From positions 1-40,817 of the forward strand of contig JBGSMV010000028.1 in NCBI GenBank assembly GCA_041739995.1: a DNA stretch of 40,817 bases, written 5' to 3'. Position numbers and translations under genes: made by a program. The notes below the pieces were generated by a model. The model saw only the letters and a list, made by a program, of their open reading frames with translations, made no database searches and was not told where the DNA came from. Position 1 is the stretch's first letter, and the number at the start of each line of letters is the position of its first letter. This document shows, in pieces, positions 37,574 through 40,817 of the stretch. This DNA comes from Bdellovibrionota bacterium (GTDB taxonomy: Bacteria; Bdellovibrionota_C; UBA2361; JBGSMV01).

Positions 37574-37930
37574 ATGCGTTCTAATTATATTTATTTGCGT
37601 GGAAATCTCGGAGTCGATCCGACCCTAAAGACTTCCGCCGGCAAGATGACTGTAGCCTCCGGTACTTTGGCCACAAACTCACAACACGGTGAGGGCGAAA
37701 GCTCAATTCGCTACACTCAGTGGCACGACGTGGTCGCATTTGACGACAAAGCACACGAGCTACTGATGTACAAAAAGGGCGCGTTCGTTGAGATCGAAGG
37801 GCACTTTAGCTACCGACTCTCCAAGGAGGGGAAACCCACCAAAACAGTGAGCGTGGTGGTGGATCGCATCGCTGCCATTTCAGCTAAAACCGCCACGTCC
37901 CCTCAAAGCACAGACGCACCAAGCACCTAG
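37574..37930 (+). CDS. ssb: Single-stranded DNA-binding protein (no acidic tail)
   Basis: NYIYLRGNLGVDP, TLATN, TQWHDVVAF, KKGAFVEIEG. Confidence 0.9.
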   Translation: MRSNYIYLRGNLGVDPTLKTSAGKMTVASGTLATNSQHGEGESSIRYTQWHDVVAFDDKAHELLMYKKGAFVEIEGHFSYRLSKEGKPTKTVSVVVDRIAAISAKTATSPQSTDAPST

Positions 37931-38126
37931 CGGTGTTTTGGGGATACCCACACAACTATCCCCATTGAGGTGCCCCGTGGAAGGAAGAGGTTTGTGGTTT
38001 TATGTGAGGGAAGAAGCCCTTTGCAGTGAGGCACGTGGGGCGTTAAGAGCTAAATGGACCAAGAGAGGGGGCAAATGTGGTTCCCGTGCCCCCTCTCTTA
38101 TTTTACTGCGTACCCCAGAGCTTTCC

Positions 38127-38600
38127 ATGACACACGACTGGCTAAACGTTATTCGAGCCCTCAATTATACCGACGCCAGGTTCGTGGTGGTTGGTGCCCT
38201 GGCGGTGGCAGCTCATGGAGCTCCGCGCGCTAGTGGCGATCTCGACCTTCTGATAAGCGACGACCCTGCTAATGTATCCAAAGTTCTCTCTGCTATTAAG
38301 TCGGTCGGGTTCTATGTTCCACCCGGTGCCTTTGGAACCCGAGGGGGAGCCCTCATGCTTGGCGCCTCTCCAGTTCGCATCGACATCCTCACTCACCTAA
38401 AGGGCGTCTCGACAGCAGAAGCCATAGGGACTGCAGAGAAAATTCCGTTTGACGGAACAACCATCCCCGTTCTTCCTCTCCCCCTATTGCTCGCTAGTAA
38501 GCGCGCCAGTGGTCGATTCAAAGACTTAGAAGACATCGCCAAACTCGAGAGCGTCGCAGCTGCGCGAGACGCCTCCGCCAGTAGTGGGAGGCAGTCGTAA
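38127..38600 (+). CDS. Nucleotidyltransferase-fold protein (DUF6036-like)
   Basis: FVVVGALAVAAHGAPRASGDLDL, RIDIL, SKRASGRFKDLEDI. Confidence 0.85.
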   Translation: MTHDWLNVIRALNYTDARFVVVGALAVAAHGAPRASGDLDLLISDDPANVSKVLSAIKSVGFYVPPGAFGTRGGALMLGASPVRIDILTHLKGVSTAEAIGTAEKIPFDGTTIPVLPLPLLLASKRASGRFKDLEDIAKLESVAAARDASASSGRQS

Positions 38601-38605
38601 CGCTT

Positions 38606-39127
38606 ATGAATAAGGACTGGGCCGACCTCCTACAGCTTTTTGGGAAACACCAAGTCGAGTACGTGGTCGTCGGTGGTGTTGCTGCGCAGTTTCACGGCGT
38701 CCAGAACACGCCCGGCGACTTAGATTTGTACGTGCGCCCAACCGAGGAGAATGGAGCAAGGGTTCTCACCGCTTTTCGCGAAGGCGGATTCCCCACCTAC
38801 GGACAAACGCCCAAAGACTTTACGGACGAACACATGGTGCTTCGCTTAGGAGCCGCAAGCCGAGACCCGCGAGTCCCCTCTAACTACGTAGACATCCACA
38901 CCAGCATTAAAGGCATTCCGTTTGAAAGCGCTCATCGAGCACACCTCGAAGTGACGGTGTCAGAGATTCCGGTCAAAGTTATGAGTCGCCCACATCTCAT
39001 AATCAGTAAACGGGAGGCTGGGCGCCCCAAAGACTTAGAGCATTTACGGAAGTTAGATGCCGTGTCTCGCTTTAGACAAAGAGAGGTTTCTAAAACTAGG
39101 GGACGAGGCAGAGAGTTTGACGAGTGA
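38606..39127 (+). CDS. Nucleotidyltransferase-fold protein (DUF6036-like), tandem paralog
   Basis: YVVVGGVAAQFHG....GDLDL, YVDIH, SKREAGRPKDLEHL. Confidence 0.85.
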   Translation: MNKDWADLLQLFGKHQVEYVVVGGVAAQFHGVQNTPGDLDLYVRPTEENGARVLTAFREGGFPTYGQTPKDFTDEHMVLRLGAASRDPRVPSNYVDIHTSIKGIPFESAHRAHLEVTVSEIPVKVMSRPHLIISKREAGRPKDLEHLRKLDAVSRFRQREVSKTRGRGREFDE

Positions 39128-39158
39128 AGTCTTAGTCGAAAGATGAGAGAATAGTGCC

Positions 39159-39545
39159 ATGACTAAATACAGCGCATTAGCGCACTCACAAAATGAGCTC
39201 CTACCGGAAGATTTCGCGCCCATCGAGCACGCAAAACTTTCTCCAGAAGAGAGCATAGCCATTGCGCTAGAACTTTCTCAGCACGTGCCTGGAGACTTTG
39301 AGGGTGGACGCATGGAGCGGAGTAGTTTTGTTGTTTCACCCGAACGCATTGAAGCCGCAGAACTCCAAGGAAGCACTCCAGGAGAACTCGCAGACGATGA
39401 ATTCTTCGCCACATTAACTCCAGAAGCACGCCTCAAGTTCGCACTCTCGGGCAGTGGCTCTAGTAGTGAAGCGGGCCCCAGAGACACGGCACGAAGCATC
39501 GTGCGGCTCACCAGAGATGAGGCGTTCCGTCGCTCAGATAAGTAA
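39159..39545 (+). CDS. Small protein with duplicated L(S/T)PE..I/L..AL motif, putative NTase partner/antitoxin
   Basis: LSPEESIAIALELS and FFATLTPEARLKFALS. Confidence 0.55.
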   Translation: MTKYSALAHSQNELLPEDFAPIEHAKLSPEESIAIALELSQHVPGDFEGGRMERSSFVVSPERIEAAELQGSTPGELADDEFFATLTPEARLKFALSGSGSSSEAGPRDTARSIVRLTRDEAFRRSDK

Positions 39546-39618
39546 TTCGCCTCGATATTTGTGGAAAATGTTATCTACTTTCAAATAGATAGTGCTATTC
39601 TTATCAGTGTCATGACTA

Positions 39619-39667
39619 TTGACCTCACTAGTTAGTTAACTGTATACTTGTAAGAGTAACTGTCTAC
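39619..39667 (+). promoter_or_regulatory. Sigma70-like promoter of the TA operon with repeated operator-like sequence
   Basis: TTGACC-18-TATACT. TAACTGT(A/C)TAC occurs at 39637 and 39657. Confidence 0.6.
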
Positions 39668-39686
39668 CTTTCCAGAGCGGTGCCCC

Positions 39687-39950
39687 ATGAAAACCGTAAG
39701 CGCACTCGAGCTTCGACAGACTTTTGGCAAAGTGCTCGGTCAAATGAAGCGCTCCTGCGAGCCCCTTATCATTGAAAAGAACTCAGAGCCCGTTGCAGTG
39801 CTCATTCCGTACGAAGAATTTAAACGTCGCTTCGTTGACCGAATCTCTGAGGGCGAGAGAGACGCCCTGGTTGCGCGCTTTAGCAACGAGTCTTTCAGCG
39901 TAACTGAGAACTCTACTGAGATTCTAAGGCAGGTTCGTTACGGAGGATAA
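39687..39950 (+). CDS. Phd/YefM family antitoxin
   Basis: MKTVSALELRQTFGKVL...EPLIIEKNSEPVAVLIPYEEF. Confidence 0.92.
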   Translation: MKTVSALELRQTFGKVLGQMKRSCEPLIIEKNSEPVAVLIPYEEFKRRFVDRISEGERDALVARFSNESFSVTENSTEILRQVRYGG

Positions 39951-40354
39951 TGATGCTGCGCGTCATCGATGCTTCCGTCGCCGTGAAGTGGTTCGTTCAG
40001 GAAGAAGATAGCCCTAAGGCGCTCGCACTCCTTCGCGAAGTAGCCGCTGCGCCATCTGATTTCGCTGTGCCAGAACTGTTCTTCTTTGAGCTCGCTAACG
40101 TGCTCTTCATAGTAGCCAAGGGACAAAGCGAAAAATACTCCTCTCTTTTGACTGAAGTGATGCGCCTTGGCATGCATCGCTTTCAGTGCTCAGACGAACT
40201 GTTAGGTGAAATGCGCACATTCCAAGCGCGAGGGCTCTCTGGCTATGACGCGTCATATGCAGCACTCGCGAAGCATCTTAACGGGACGTGGATCACAGCC
40301 GACAAGAAAGCTCACGCGTGCCTGTTGAAGGATAAGATTAGCTCTCTTCTGTAG
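39950..40354 (+). CDS. vapC: VapC (PIN domain) toxin
   Basis: VIDASVAVKWF, ELANVL, YDASYAALA, ITADKK. Confidence 0.92.
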   Translation: MMLRVIDASVAVKWFVQEEDSPKALALLREVAAAPSDFAVPELFFFELANVLFIVAKGQSEKYSSLLTEVMRLGMHRFQCSDELLGEMRTFQARGLSGYDASYAALAKHLNGTWITADKKAHACLLKDKISSLL

Positions 40355-40373
40355 TTGTTTTTCAGGGTTCTTT

Positions 40374-40817
40374 GTGCGACTTGTAATTTTGAGCGACACA
40401 CACAGCCGGCACTACACCCTAGGGCCCCTTCCAGAAGGGGACGTGCTTATTCACGCCGGAGACTTCACCAACCGTGGCTCTGAAGCAGAGATTGCTTCGT
40501 TCAGTAAGTTTCTTAAAGCTCAGCCCCATAAACACAAACTTGTAATCTCCGGCAATCACGAGTTTCTTTTTGAACAGCTACCCGCCCGCGCCAGAGACGC
40601 ACTACCAGACGCCACGTACTTAGAGGACGAGGGCATCGAGATTGATGGCGTGCGCTTTTTCGGCACCCCATGGCAACCCTGGTTTAGTGGACTCGCGTTT
40701 AATCTACAGCGCGGCGCCCCATTGGCAGAGAAGTGGGCACTTATTCCAGACAACACTGACGTACTCATCACACATTCTCCACCGGCCGGGATCTTAGATG
40801 CAAACCTCGAGGGTGAA
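40374..40817 (+). CDS. Metallophosphoesterase (calcineurin-like, MPPED/239FB-type), truncated by window edge
   Basis: Manual translation from GTG 40374: LSDTH, DVLIHAGDFT, ISGNHE, GTPWQP, DVLITHSPP. Not in the ORF track. Confidence 0.9.
   Translation, partial: MRLVILSDTHSRHYTLGPLPEGDVLIHAGDFTNRGSEAEIASFSKFLKAQPHKHKLVISGNHEFLFEQLPARARDALPDATYLEDEGIEIDGVRFFGTPWQPWFSGLAFNLQRGAPLAEKWALIPDNTDVLITHSPPAGILDANLEGE

Overview
This 40.8-kb window looks like part of a low-copy bacterial plasmid or secondary replicon. The host cannot be assigned from sequence alone. The left end is a coherent backbone: a RepA (RPA-family) initiator truncated by the window edge and absent from the ORF track, ten 17-bp iterons, a candidate small RNA with terminator, a phased 8-bp centromere-like array, and an HTH-parA-RHH partition operon. 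The cargo includes (i) a block of secreted/membrane genes flanked by a 90-bp direct repeat, (ii) a TerY-P-like triad (PP2C, kinase-like, vWA) followed by three paralogous beta-helix-like proteins, (iii) two degenerate J-domain proteins and a TPR protein, (iv) an ESCRT-III(Snf7/CdvB)-like, MIT-Vps4-like, ESCRT-III-like operon with a MIM1-like tail, which is the most striking element, (v) a STAND NTPase-TPR / PfkB / PRTase module flanked by a second structured direct repeat, and (vi) ssb, tandem nucleotidyltransferases, a Phd-VapC toxin-antitoxin pair and a truncated metallophosphoesterase. All family calls come from motifs read by eye; no database searches were run.
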